A stretch of 64,000 nt of DNA, taken from the NCBI GenBank assembly GCA_964016885.1, contig OZ024742.1:216070001-216134000 (forward strand), written 5' to 3'. Source of the stretch: Eledone cirrhosa. Taxonomy: Eukaryota. This document shows, in pieces, positions 41,804 through 55,990 of the stretch (position 1 is its first letter; every line of letters starts with the position of its first letter). The position numbers were made by a program, and so were the translations under genes. The notes under the pieces are model-generated. The model was not told the origin of the DNA. It ran no database searches and saw nothing but the letters and a program-made list of their open reading frames with translations.

Positions 41804-42894
41804 ATATATATATATATCCAGACCACTGTGCTACCATTACACCAATACACATCCTATCTCCTTCCATTCGAATTAGAAGCTATGAACTTAGCAAGTGAAT
41901 GATAAACAAGCAAATTATAAACGTAAACATGTAAGTATGTTTTTGAAGCGGTGCGCGAGTTTGAAATTAGAAATTAGAAATGATAAGCTTTCACCGTATT
42001 TTTAGACTAAAGAAATTTCTAGCCTGATAGTGGGGTTTATAACCCTCGGAGAAATGGAAAAAGATGAGTGTTGCCGTACGGCAACACTCATCTTTATATA
42101 TATATATCCATATCTCGAGTTCCGTCGATGACTGTTATTCCATGGAACGAATTCGACCGATATATGTATATAAATATACATTAAAATAAATAAATACACA
42201 TATATATATCATGCTATCACTAAATATATATGTATACATAACTAAATATGATTCTGGCTGTCTTCATATATATATATACATATACACATACAGACATACC
42301 TTAATGCATGCATACATACATACATACATACATGTGTGTGTTTGTGTGAATGTATTTGAGAGAGTTTCCGAACAATGTCTCTTAGAATTATTATAACCTA
42401 GATGAACATTTTACATATCGCATTGAGTAATACAAGAGATAAAAACAATGAAATTAGTTAGATAATATTAGTTACTTCGTTATTTTTCTTGGCCAATAAA
42501 CTCGAATAACAATGTTTCATGGGGAAATGTACATCTAAACTAAATCCCAAAGCCGAATCCACTTCCTTTGTAGCGTGGAAGAATGTCGAACACTAATTCT
42601 AGCGTGAAATATATTGGAAGAACTCTAATCTCCTTTTCTTAAGATGAGTGATAATTAATGTTCAACTAAGTAGAACTTTCATCAGTAGCAATACATGCAT
42701 TGTTCAAATATATATGATAAAACACGTGTTAGTAAGTTGGGGTAATATTATCACACAATTCCTGGGACCTTTCGCTCTCTCTCTTTCTCTTTCTCCTCCC
42801 TCTCATTTTCTCTCCCTCCTCCCTCTCTCTCTGCCACCGCTCTCTATCTCTCCCTATTCATCTATCTATGTACCTACCTTCTCTCTATATCAGC

Positions 42895-43138
42895 CTGTAG
42901 GTTGAGGAAAAGGAGGAGGAGAGGAAATGGGTACAAACTCTTCGTACTCCTGGAGATGAGGGTTGCACATTTTTTCGGGGATATGTGTTACCCATATGTA
43001 ATGTCTCCCCCTATTGGGGAAATTCGATTAACTTTTAAATTGTATTTGTGATAGTATTTTACACGTTTTTATTGTATGTAAACTTCCCCCTTTGTATTTG
43101 TCCCCTTCTTTTGTGCCCCTGTGGCTAATAACGAAACA
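42895..43138 (+). mobile_element. L1/Tx1-like 3' UTR fragment
   Basis: Shares ctcccctattggg.aa and the terminal motif with 45090-45237 and 9925-10029. Confidence 0.5.
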
Positions 43139-43173
<35 letters not shown>

Positions 43174-44419
43174 GTCACACTATCCGTCCCCTATCTCTTT
43201 GTTTGAGATGAACGCCGAATCCTGTTTCGAGCAACACATTGCTATTCTATTTTTTGAAACATTAGTTAACGCTTATGGAAAACGAAATTAATTCAAAATT
43301 CCAAGATGGTCTCATTTACTTGTACAACCCCAGGTAATCTACGTGCAGATAGAGTACTGAGTGTGGGCGTTCCTGCGATGACACTTTCATTCATTCATTT
43401 TCCCATATGTAATATAAACGTGATTTGGCTCGCTAGCATCTGTTTATTGTATCGAGTTGACGGCATTCGATCAAATGCCTTTTATCTCATAAATAATATG
43501 AAATTAGGTAATGAAATATGAACAATTAGTTATATTCTAAGCGTGACGTCAGCTTACTATGAAGCTACAAAATTCATGCTTTCTATACAAAATTACTATA
43601 CCCCTAAATGACAGATTTACATTCTATATAGTCTTTATGCACAGATATATGTTAAGTCACAGCATATCTTTATTATAATGAAATATGTTATATATGTGAG
43701 ATTCTTGAGATGCTGTGCAAGCGGTATACCGATGTACCTGCAGATAATTGTGTACCGAAAGATCCACTCTAATATGATTAACAATACATTTTACGAACCT
43801 GCAATGGATATACTATGCACTTACACGACTGGCTTGAAATGGCAACTGAAATCAAACATATAACACCCTTTCTTCATACAAAAAGTAACAACATATTTTT
43901 CAAGGTAATTCCTGACATGAAATATGTCGCAATGGTCACGACCGGAATGTCTTTAATCACAGGCCCGTTAAGTCAGAAGATGTATGGGATTGAACAAGAC
44001 CCATAAAATCGATGTCTGCAAAATCACACGATCTATTTGAAATTGAAGCAACATCCCACTCAGTTCTCAAGATGCATATCTTTAAAAAAAAGCTCTTCTA
44101 ACCTAACGTTGACCTGAGATGAAACAACAACAGCAACCTTTCTTATGTACATTTGTGCATGGAGATACACACATATGTTAGTTACTAGTAGGAGAAGGAG
44201 TTGGTAAAATGAAAAAAACGCAAACACAAGAAAAACAAAGACGCAGCAAATATCCCACACACACAGACAACTGTAATCCCAGAGACCACACTCACGATCA
44301 GCACAGGTACATCCACAACACCAAAACCACAAGAACCACCATATTCCTCCAAACATAAACAACCACAACGATTCCAAGAATAAAACAAGACACACAACTT
44401 TGTGCATCTTTGACTTTCG

Positions 44420-45240
44420 ATTCCTACAGTGGAGGGCAAGTGCAAAGACGAAATCGAACTGGCTAGTGTGTTCCGGGGGACATTCGAGACGGCAGTGCTA
44501 CCGGGAGGGTACTACCGGTTCGAGATAAGTTCTACAGACACGGAAGTGCTGTTGGACGGAAGTTCCCGAGATGCATGCTGAACGACGAAATAGTTCTGCA
44601 CGCATTCGTTCAGTATCAATGCATTACTACGGATTTGCAGAGTTATGTAGAAGAGCTGTTGTCGCGTGTAGAACGAATCCATCTATCGACTATCTCCATA
44701 GTGAAGATCAACCAACCAACCGTCTTCTTTTCTCTGGGAAGGATAGGCAATTTTCCTCTGTCTGGTGGAGGTAGCAAAAGAGGTTCTGTGGTGGACCAGG
44801 CTGAAAGGACTGAAGACAGACATTTTTCTCTTCACCATTCCTTCATCAACGTTTTCAAGTTTTTTCTTGGAAAGGAAGGTGAGGGTGCAGTGAGAGATGT
44901 TGCACCCCGCCTCCCAGTACATTTGCTAAAATGTGGGTAAATGTAGCAAGAATTCCCGTGTTAATGGCTCTAAACATACGGCTGTAGGCTAGATGATTTG
45001 AGGAGGAGAGGAGTACCCTTTCCGGGTGCCATCAAAGCGTCGCGTGGTTCAGGATTAGTGGGTTACCTGAGTCAACCCTGGTTGGTCATCCTCCCTATTG
45101 GGAAACTCTCTTGTTTGTATTTTTCTTGTTTATTGTTGTTTTTATATTTTCACGCGATTTTTGTGTAAGACACCCACTGTCCCTGTCTAATGTATTCTCC
45201 CCCATATGTCGGCCCGTGTGGCCAGTAAACGAAACAACTA
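44420..45240 (+). mobile_element. L1/Tx1-like ORF2 C-terminal zinc-knuckle region plus 3' UTR
   Basis: QCYREG/LPVRDKFYRHG...RCMLNDEIVLHAFVQ...YVEELLSRV...LVEVAKEVLWWTR, a decayed CCHC-type C-terminus. Confidence 0.7.
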
Positions 45241-45875
45241 TTATTATCATCTCCATCATCATCATTATTATTTACGTTAGTCTTATTTCTATTGCTTGTC
45301 GTCTCTGTATTATCGAATAGTTATGGCTACAATATTGAGTGTACTCCTCGAAATAGCTTTTCACTGTCAAGTCATGCTATTTTCTATATTCGTTATATTG
45401 TAACTCCTGGGGTTTTGGTTAGTTATCTGTCATGTGTTACCATAGAGAATGATGCTATTTTCATCATTCACATTCATAATACCGTATATATATATGGTCA
45501 CTTTTTCTCTTTTCTTGATAGATATATTGTCGTCTGTGGGGATGGACTTGATATGTCAATTAGAAGACAGTTTATTCTTTGTGTATTTTACTACAATATC
45601 CGAGAGATTGGCTTCAATCTCTATGTGTATTGGCATATTCTAGAGTATGCTTATGGGCTGTCTTTCGTCATTCTCCGATATTTTTTATGCCACTCTTTTT
45701 TCCAGCAAACATATAGATAGTAGGCTGTATCGTATTATGTTCCTGAAAATCATGGTTTGCCTAGGGACACATTTTCAAATGTGCTTTAATTTTCTAAGTA
45801 TAGCTATTTATGTATTTTTTTCTAATTGTAACTTCATTTTTCTTTCTGTATATAAACGTGTTTATTTAAAAAAAA

Positions 45876-46799
45876 CTAGCAGTGGTACCCGGCGTTGCAC
45901 GGTATAGGTATTTTGGAACGCGGGCTGCCAGCAGACCTAATCGTAGAAAAACTGCATGCCTGGACAATATGTAAAGAAAATAAACCGAATACATTGATGG
46001 CTGGATAATCTTTAGGAATTTCCTCGATGAAGCAGGAAAAATGTAGGTTTTCACCTAATGCGGGCTCTAGGCGATCAACAAAATGAATATTTTTATGTGC
46101 ATAATATGCCTTGAAATTTCGGTAAAAAATCGGCTAGACGTAACGCCTCAAAAAAGCCCTAAAAAGCTGAAAAAAATGAAGTTTGTCACCTAATGTGGGC
46201 CGTAGATAATAAAAAGGTTGGATTTTCTTTGCTTACGGTATGAAGAAGAGACTGACTAATACATAGTTACAATTTCAAGGAAATCAGTCTGACGTAACGA
46301 CTCAAAACACCCCAAAAATTCTGAAAAAACGCAGTTTTTCAACTAATGCGAGCCCTAGGGGATCAAATAGTTGAATTTTTCATGTGCATAACACTCCCTG
46401 AACCATAAGTAATACACATGTAAAGTTAGAAAAAAGTCGGATGGGTACTTCTTTAGATTTAGGGATTCAAACTCACAGACACACACACACACAGACATCC
46501 TCAGGGAAGTGACGTAATACAGACATCAGACATACAGACAGATATTATAAGGGCGCGACGTTATATGTATATATCTATCTAGAAAGAGAAAGACTAAGCA
46601 TTATAGAGAGAGATCGATAAATCTCCTAATGCAGTCCCTAGAGCATTGAACATTTTAAATTATTTTCGCTCAGAACACTCCCTGAAACATAAGTATTATA
46701 TGTGTAAAGTTTGAAAACAGTCGGTTAGGTGGTTCTCGAGTTTTAGCGATTCAAACTCACACACACACAGACATACATCCTCGGTTTTATATATATAGA
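45876..46799 (-). mobile_element. Non-autonomous Helitron-like element with internal ~135-bp repeats
   Basis: CTAGCAG...CCCGGCGTTGCACGG at one end and TTTTATATATATAGA at the other; the unit ttttcacctaatgcggg recurs at ~46048, 46182, 46337 and 46622. Confidence 0.7.
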
Positions 46800-47243
46800 C
46801 TAGCAGAAAACCACCCGGTGGGTAGTTTTCTGCTGGTCGATATATATTTAACACACACACAAACACAAACACAGACACACACACACATACATATATATAT
46901 ATACACCCATGTTCATATTTTGAGATGCATTATTCTCAAATCAGATTATTATCTCTGACAGGAAGAACCAGTTTATAATGTTTCAGAAAAATTAAGCATA
47001 CAGACATATTTTAGGAAACTTATGAATTCCTGTACACACACACACACACAGATACACACAGACACACGCACAGACATACACACACGCATACAGACACATA
47101 CGCTAACACACACATACCATACACACACTCATACATACGCACATATGCGCTCACGCTAAAAACACATACACACGCACATACACTTAAACCTATATATATG
47201 TATATATATATAGAGAGACACACATAATATATGCATATATAAT

Positions 47244-47285
<42 letters not shown>

Positions 47286-47873
47286 ATATATATATTATAT
47301 ATACACACACACATATAACGCACACCCATATATAAAACACACACACGCACACACATACAAACACACATAACACACACACACATATATAACACACACGCAC
47401 ACATACATACACACATACACACACACATACACACACATATAACACACACACGTATAATACACACACACACATACGCATACACACACATATAACACACACA
47501 CACACGCATACACACACATATAACACACACACACACATATATATATATTATATGCTCAGCTCCAGTGAGTTGGTTAAAACACCAAAAGCCAGTCTTAAAG
47601 TTGTCGTCTGTAAATTCAAAGAACTCGGCTGTGTCTGGCTAGATCTCCATGGTAACTACTCCAAGGTCGCGCGTTCCATGGCTAGGAACGCAGGTGTCAC
47701 GTGCTGGCCTAGAACGCTGGTTGTTGGAATCAGTGGTCGACGACATAACATATATATTATATGTGTGTGGAATAGTATAAATATTTCTTCGTATTTACTA
47801 ACATATATATATATATATTATATATTATATATACATACATTATATATATATTATTAATATATTACATACGTAC

Positions 47874-47933
<60 letters not shown>

Positions 47934-47942
47934 TAAAATAAA

Positions 47943-48003
47943 AGATTAAAGTTTAAGCAAAGAATCGCTGCTTTCACCCTTAACGGGATCTTCTGAAACT
48001 AAC
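47943..48003 (-). ncRNA. Family A hammerhead (CAGAAGA core), solo pLTR fragment
   Basis: Identical core and stems to 61574-61624; embedded in (TA)n. Confidence 0.65.
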
Positions 48004-48264
48004 CAATATATATATATATTCCTGGTGATTTCTCAAGAATGAAACAGTTCTAGTCTATATATATATTACACACAGAAATGTATATATATTTATGTGTGTG
48101 TATATATATATATATATTATATACACAGAAATGTATATATATTTCTTAGAACAAAATTATTATTAATGTTTTGCTGTTCATAACAATTGGAATTGAAAAA
48201 TTACTTTTGAAATTATTAGTTATTTTACTAATGCTTAGATATGTAAAAATGAAGCAATGTTTCT

Positions 48265-48458
48265 AATAATTGTTTCTACTTTTGGCACAAGGCCAGCAGT
48301 TATCCAGTACATTACTGGTACTTTATTTTATCGACCCCGTGAGGATGAAAGGCAAAGTTAACCTCGGCGGTATTTGAAATCAGACCGTAAAGGGACGTAA
48401 CTCCATGCTATGAAGCATGGTGTCCGACTTTCTACAGATTCTGCCAATCCACCGCCCT
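48265..48458 (-). mobile_element. tRNA-derived SINE
   Basis: Reverse complement of 41380-41560. Confidence 0.8.
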
Positions 48459-50075
48459 AATGTCTGTACGTAATGAGGGAGTGAGAGGGGAGAGAAAGAA
48501 AGGCAGAGGTGAAGTGACGATGTGACTCTCTCCTCCTCCTCCTCATCCATCTCCCCATTCGTCACAGCGATAGAGTTAGTGTGTTACAAAGAGAAAGAGT
48601 GAGAGTGAGAGAAACAGACAGACTAAAAGAGAGGGATAGCTGGAGAGAGAGAGAGATAGCAACCACGCACGCACGTGTTTCCACTGTCGGACAGACAGAC
48701 AGAGAAATTGCTGGTTATATATTATAAGGAGATAACATTGTGAAGAGAAAGATAACGCATCATATGAACGTAGGAATAATTTATATTGCTAAAGTCCTAA
48801 CTATTTAATAATTTTGTTACATTTTATAACAATTCTATATTCAGTAATACTTACATTAAACTCTAGGAACATGAAATGCATTTCTCATATCATTTGATTA
48901 CAATAAAACAATTAGTATGTGTCAGTATTAGTAGTAGCAGCAAAAGCAGCAGCAGCAGCAGCAGCAACAGTAGTAGTAGTGGTAGTAGTAGTAGTAGTAG
49001 TAGTAGTTTATTGATTTCTTTCTCACAAACACAACCAACATATTTTGTGAGATTAAGCAGTCAGTCAAATATATCTACACAGTATTTGACTGGTAATTTA
49101 TTTTGTCAATTTCGCGAAAGATGAAATATAAATTTGACACAGGTGACATTTGAAGTCAGGACGTAAACGGACACAGCAAAATGTCATAAAATATTTAGTC
49201 CCCCACAATGCAAATTTGCCAAAACTCAGCATAGTAGTATGAATACTGCTACAAAACTCATACGTTACCAATGTTAGTTGTGGTTTTATATTTTGTATTG
49301 CGTGAGCCACAAAAATATTGATATTAAATTTGATTAATCTTCACAATAGGAGCTATTTTTTAGTAAATGTTAATGCCCATTTTACCAAATGTCATCATTA
49401 TTCGATTATAATGATCGCATCTAAAAACACAATAATACCTGACTACGGTGTTAAATTTTGTTAGTTTTGAAAGCAATTTTTCTCCAGTTTCCGTAATATT
49501 AGGATAATATGATGCAAAATTTACAATAATATATTCATAAACATATTGACAGGAAGGATTTGATAAAAACTAATATTTCACTTTCATGAACTGCAAATGA
49601 CCAAAATAATGTATGAGCGAAATCTCACTATAAAAAAAACAACACGTAATGAGTCATATTAGTACATAATTCCTTTAAAATTGCGCTTGTATGCGGATAT
49701 AAGGAAACGCGGTAGCCAATATTTTAATTGAAGGAAAAGTTGCAAGATTTTTTAAAAGTTGTTTTGATAGAGAGATGGGAGATTGATAAGAGGAGTGGGT
49801 ATGAAGAAGTAAGATATGCCATTGACAGGTTTCTAAATGGTTTTAAATATTGCAAGTCTAGCGTAGTAACTTCTAACATGAATCACACTGTCTTGGTTTT
49901 CGTTACTCATCATTAAATATTCCATATTGAAAAAAATGCCTAACATAATTACATATAGCAAAACAGAAATTGATTTTGATTACATTTCTACATAGTAATT
50001 AGAGCAAGGTTTTGAAATATATATTTTCTTGTATGTTTACATACATATGTGTGTGTGTATGCGTGTGTGTGTAAG

Positions 50076-50723
<648 letters not shown>

Positions 50724-52158
50724 TATGTGTGTGTGTGTTTATGTATATGTGTGTGTGGTGTGTGGTGCATGCACAAAGTTAAAGGAAACAACGCAGCAAA
50801 TAACACAGTACAATGAAGAAATAGGTAAAAGTTTCTTTACGTTTGGGACACGCGTCTTACATCAAAAGATAGAATGAGCTATAAGAGATGAAATAGAAAG
50901 ATAGAGAGTGAAGGAAGGAATGAACGGGAAAAAATATTTGAGAAAAAAGCAGGTGTGTATTCAGTCAGCCATATATATATATAATGATATCTAAAATCTG
51001 ATCACTTATTTTATATCTAATGTTATCATATTTGAGCTATATTTATTGTTTTTGTTTGTCATAATAATTTAAAGATTAAGGTGAATCATTCAAATATTAA
51101 AATATACCCATTCATTATGTTACTACATTCAATTTTGAGATTGCAACACTTATATATATATACATATGGTAATTTATTTAATTATATTGATACTAGAATT
51201 TACTCTAGTGGTAATTATATTCTCCATTAAACTCCAATGATCCTAGTTATAAACAGATTATTGCAGTCATTTAGCGAAATAAGTACGATGAAATATATTG
51301 CACCTGTTTACAGAGACATGCATACATATATTCACACTCATACACACACACTCACACGCGCACTCACAAATACACACACATATATACATATCTATACATA
51401 TATATGATATCATATGATATCATATGATATCATATGATATCATATCGTATCATGTCTTGGCTTTGTGAATGAAGATTTAGAAGGGGTTGTATGATGACCC
51501 GGACTCTTCAGGCCAATGAAGGACAGATGGTGTTGTAGTTCTTCGTCCTTCACCTTTATCATTGGGGATGACCCTGCTGTTGTTTTATAAGGAGAAGACA
51601 GCATGGTTGACGGGGATACGCCAGGAATAACGGTTTTCATCTAGGGTGATGGTCGATATAACAGGCACCAGGGGATTTTTTCAAATGGCCCTAGTATCGC
51701 TTCCTTGGTCCTTCCCTGTCGCGAAGGCTACTGGTGAGTTCACCGTCATCTTGTCAGTCAATCATCCTCCATCTTGTTGTCGTGCTCTAGATGTAGATGG
51801 GACTTCGGTAGCATGGCTGCATATTTATCTATCTATGTATCTCTCTCTATCTCTCTCTCCATATATATATATATATATTAAAATTATAAGTTTGAAGAAC
51901 AGTCAGATAAAATTTACCGATTTTTTATTCTTATATATATATATATATATATATACATATATGCATGTGCACGTAGACGGGCGCGCGTGTTTGTGTAAAT
52001 CATTGTCATAAAAAACATAACATTTTCTTTCTAACTAAAAATCCTGCCTATTGCATATATTTAGAATATAAAATTGTATGAATTCCTGATAAAGCAACAA
52101 TAGTAAATATACACACACATATTTATATATACACACATTCACTCACACACACAGACAC

Positions 52159-52238
<80 letters not shown>

Positions 52239-52368
52239 CGTAGGTAGTACGCTGAAATACTGATATAGGTTCCAAATCAAGCACTCTATACACAGGCAGA
52301 GTGTACTTAATAGAAAAATCGAGCAACTTTCGTTTATATATATACACATATATATATATATATATATA

Positions 52369-52562
52369 TAGGAACAAGTATGACCCCGGCGGCAGGGCTC
52401 AAGCCTTTTCGACGGCTATTTCTGGAGTCCAGAAATAGCCGTCGAAATGGCTTGAGCTCTGCCGTCGGGGTCATACTTGTTCCTATTACCCACTCTACTA
52501 CCCTAAGTATTGAGTACTTTGGTGCGTTATGGTCCATCTGGTTCTTTACCACATTTCCTTCG

Positions 52563-52564
<2 letters not shown>
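52369..52564 (+). mobile_element. PLE pLTR-like fold-back element carrying the 3' half of a hammerhead
   Basis: Palindrome 52369-52485 centred on tctgga-g-tccaga, followed by GAAA-T-AGCC-GTC; sister of 7706-7918. Confidence 0.7.
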
Positions 52565-52615
<51 letters not shown>

Positions 52616-52646
52616 CACATATGTATATGCATTTATATACATATAT

Positions 52647-52686
<40 letters not shown>

Positions 52687-54470
52687 GGGGAGTGTCATAT
52701 TGTTGTAATAATATTGCCAGAATTAATAACAGAACGCACTCATTGTTTGGTTGGTTTTCGCTTCTGTATCTTTTATATTTGTTAATTTATTCGGTCCTCA
52801 ATGTTTACCATTGACTGACCAACGGTCAAAAGTACAGATATAATATAGATATAAACACATATATATAGTCTAACAAAGTTCTTTCGTTGCACATCTGCAA
52901 CAACGTCAGTGGTGCTATTACGTTCCTCCTGTTGTATTGTTTATTTAGCCATTTTTATTTAATCTGTTTATTTATTTATTTATTTACTTTTGTCTTCTCT
53001 GCGCATGCGTTTGCGTGTTTGTATAGTGTTTGGTGTGTGTTCGCGTTTGGGTGACTGTGTTTTGGTTATTGTATTCTATTTCAGTTTACTAGTGTGTGCT
53101 TTTATGTGTTTGTTGTTATTGTGCTTGTGTATATATTTACTTATTTATTTATTAATATTTCTCTTGGGTCAGTATTGTTTGTTTAGGTGTCGTCGTTATT
53201 CCATTCATTTTTTCTGTTTAGCTTTGGCCTTCTAAGTTCTATTTCATTTGCCTCTCTGATTTACCTATCTGGTGGGTTATTTCTATGTTTAGATATTACT
53301 TCAATTTCTATGTTGTCTATGTTACCGTTATGTTGTTATCTGGCGTGTTCGTATAGTACTGAACCGTTTTTTCGTCCTTTTAGCCCCCCCCCCCCCCCCA
53401 GTGCTGGTCTATCCATTAACATATGCTACGAGATGTATCACCTATGTATGTTGTTGTCATGTTTCTTCAAGTACCCTCTGTACATCTTGTCCAATAGACT
53501 ACGTTTCTAGTTTTACAGTTTATCCGGGGGTTTACTTTACATATAATACATTTCCTATTAGTACAGTGGGTTTTCTTAAAAAGGTATGTTTTGCTGATCA
53601 GGGATTTTATGGTAGTTCCTGGCTTTTCTACCACCTTAATCTTTAAGTGGGTCTTTCTCAGGGCCTTTCTACACTGGTTAGCTAATTTTCGACCAGAGGT
53701 AGCGTCCACAAACATGACACTCTGGTACCAGAGCGTCACAAAAACGTATCAGTACTATAAGAACACGCCAGACAACAACCTGACGACAACATAGACAACA
53801 TAGAAATTAAAATAATATCTAAACATAGAAATGACCTAGCAGATAGGCAAATCAGAGAGGCAAGTGAAATAGAACGTAGAAAGCCAAAACTAAACAGAAA
53901 AAATGAATGGAACAACAACACCCAAACAAACAGTACTGACCTAAGAGAATTATAAATAAATAAATAAATATATATATATATATACACAAGTACAATAACA
54001 GCAAACACATATAAGCACACACTAGTAAACTAAGACAATAACCAAAACACAACCCAAACGCGAACACACACCAAACACTATACACACACGCAAACGCATA
54101 CGCAAAGAATAAGACAAAAATAAATAAATAATTAAATAAACAGATTCAATACTTAAATATACAATACAACAGGAGGAACATAATAGCACCACTGACGATG
54201 TTTCAGATGTGCAACGAAAGCACTTTGTTAGACTATATATGTGTGTTTATATCTATATTATATCTGTACTTTTGACCGTTGGTCAGTCAATGGTAAACAT
54301 TGAGGACCGAATGAATTAAAGGATATAAAAGATACAGAAGCGAAAACCAACCAAACAGTGAGTGTGTTCTGTTATTAATTCTGGAAATACTATTACAACA
54401 ATATGACCCTCCCCAAGTATAACAATATTTGTCTCGACACACGATTTCATATCAAAAACCTCGCAAAACA
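52687..54470 (-). mobile_element. Penelope-like element family C (Naiad/Neptune-like): GIY-YIG fragment between inverted pLTRs
   Basis: Inverted repeats 52687-53372 vs 53740-54415. Region 53400-53735 translates SVMFVDAT..KLA..KIKVVEKPG..C....C..C..NCKTRNVVY...C...*...YIGDTSRS. Confidence 0.85.
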
Positions 54471-54526
54471 AATATAATATATATATATATACATATACAT
54501 ATATACAAACACACACATATATATAT

Positions 54527-54741
54527 AAGGAAATACAGTTTTAGGAAGCCGTAGCTATGCAAACACCGGGGCCTGTCTTCTAGTCCAGCAGTCGCAAGCG
54601 CTGGGAGGGACCGTCCTGACGAAGGCCAGTTAAGCCTGAAATGAATAGACAGTTGTCCCCCTTGCTTCTGCTGGATATCACCAGAGGGCGTTATTCCCCC
54701 GGTGTAAGCATCGCTACGGCTTCCTAAAACCGTATTTCCTT
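54527..54741 (+). ncRNA. Rod-like hairpin element capped by a canonical minimal hammerhead (family G)
   Basis: gtc-CTGACGA-aggc(cagttaa)gcct-GAAA-tgaa-TA^gac at 54613-54650, inside ~45-bp terminal inverted arms. Confidence 0.82.
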
Positions 54742-55734
54742 GGAGATACAAAATCTTTATGCATATATATATATATATATATACATGCGTGTGTACCTAC
54801 ACGTATCCGACCAATATTAAAACACCTGTCATAATATTTGCTATAATTTATGAATATTTCCTTTCTCTATATAGATTCGCTTGGTAATCATTCTTCAATC
54901 TATTCTATCGAGTTTTACCACTAAAAAACAGGAGGCAAAATAAGTATGTCGTGTGGGAGAAGATACCTAGCGAATTTATGACTACTTTAAAAAAATGAAT
55001 CTGAAAACACGAATAATTTTCTCTCCAGTCAAGCAAGTAGAAATCACCGGTCTACGAATGACTGAATATAGAATCTCCCCACTTTAGAATCTTCTGTTTG
55101 TATAGTACATTCTCTCTCTCGCATATTCAATCAAATTCTTCCATCACTATTTCTATGTGTGTTATATTATTGTAGATATTTTTCAAATCTAACAATAAAT
55201 CTGAATAAGAGTGACACCCACACGCAGGCACATGCACTGACATACCCTCACATACACCAACACACATATACTTACACGCCCATACTTGCACTTACCCAAG
55301 ACGCACCCGCATCCTCACATATACATTCAAATAAATATGCATTTTTGGATATTAGGAAAACTATGTTTGCATATAAATTGAAATATTTTGTCCATTTTTG
55401 CGCTGCCTTTTATAAGTTCAGTTTGAATGTATGTTTATCTATGTATACAGAGGTTTAACTGATAATCATACTATTGCAACACACTATCTGTAACTATCTT
55501 TATTTATGTTCGTTTAAGTCACCATATTTCGATGATGTTTTTTAGTTTTTTTATATAGGTGTTGAAACACTCACTGTAGTAAATGAGAAATGTTACTTCT
55601 TTCGTTTTTCATCAGCCGTATTCTAATAGAGACGGAGTAGACAATCTTAGACTCACTACAATTACCAATAATATAATATTGAAAAACATTATAGTAATGA
55701 ATATGTCTAAAGTCTAAAGTCTGTCTTAAGCCAG

Positions 55735-55990
55735 AAGGCTCATTTGGCCGGTGCTTATCCCGGTTTCATGGCGTGAAGCGACTGACAGTACAAGACACCC
55801 CTCTGAACAGGACGCCAGTCCATCGCAGAGTTAAACCTCCAGCTATTGTTGGTACTCATTTTCAGCTGAGTATACTGGAGTAACGTGAAATGAAGTATTT
55901 TGCTCAAGAACACAACACACAGCCTAGGAATCGAACCCACGACATTATGATCGTAAGTCCAAAACTCTTACCACTAGGCCACGTGCTTCC
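55735..55990 (-). mobile_element. tRNA-derived SINE with Nin-like domain
   Basis: tRNA-like head (gtggcctagtggtaag...gggttcgattcc) on the minus strand and the central ggtactcattttcagctgagt..actgg motif. Confidence 0.7.

Noticed and set aside
48925-49007. Poly-Ser ORF 48876-49124
   Set aside because: It is an (AGT/AGC)n microsatellite with no exon evidence.
55920-55990. tRNA-like sequence
   Set aside because: It is the SINE head, with an imperfect cloverleaf fused to the SINE body.
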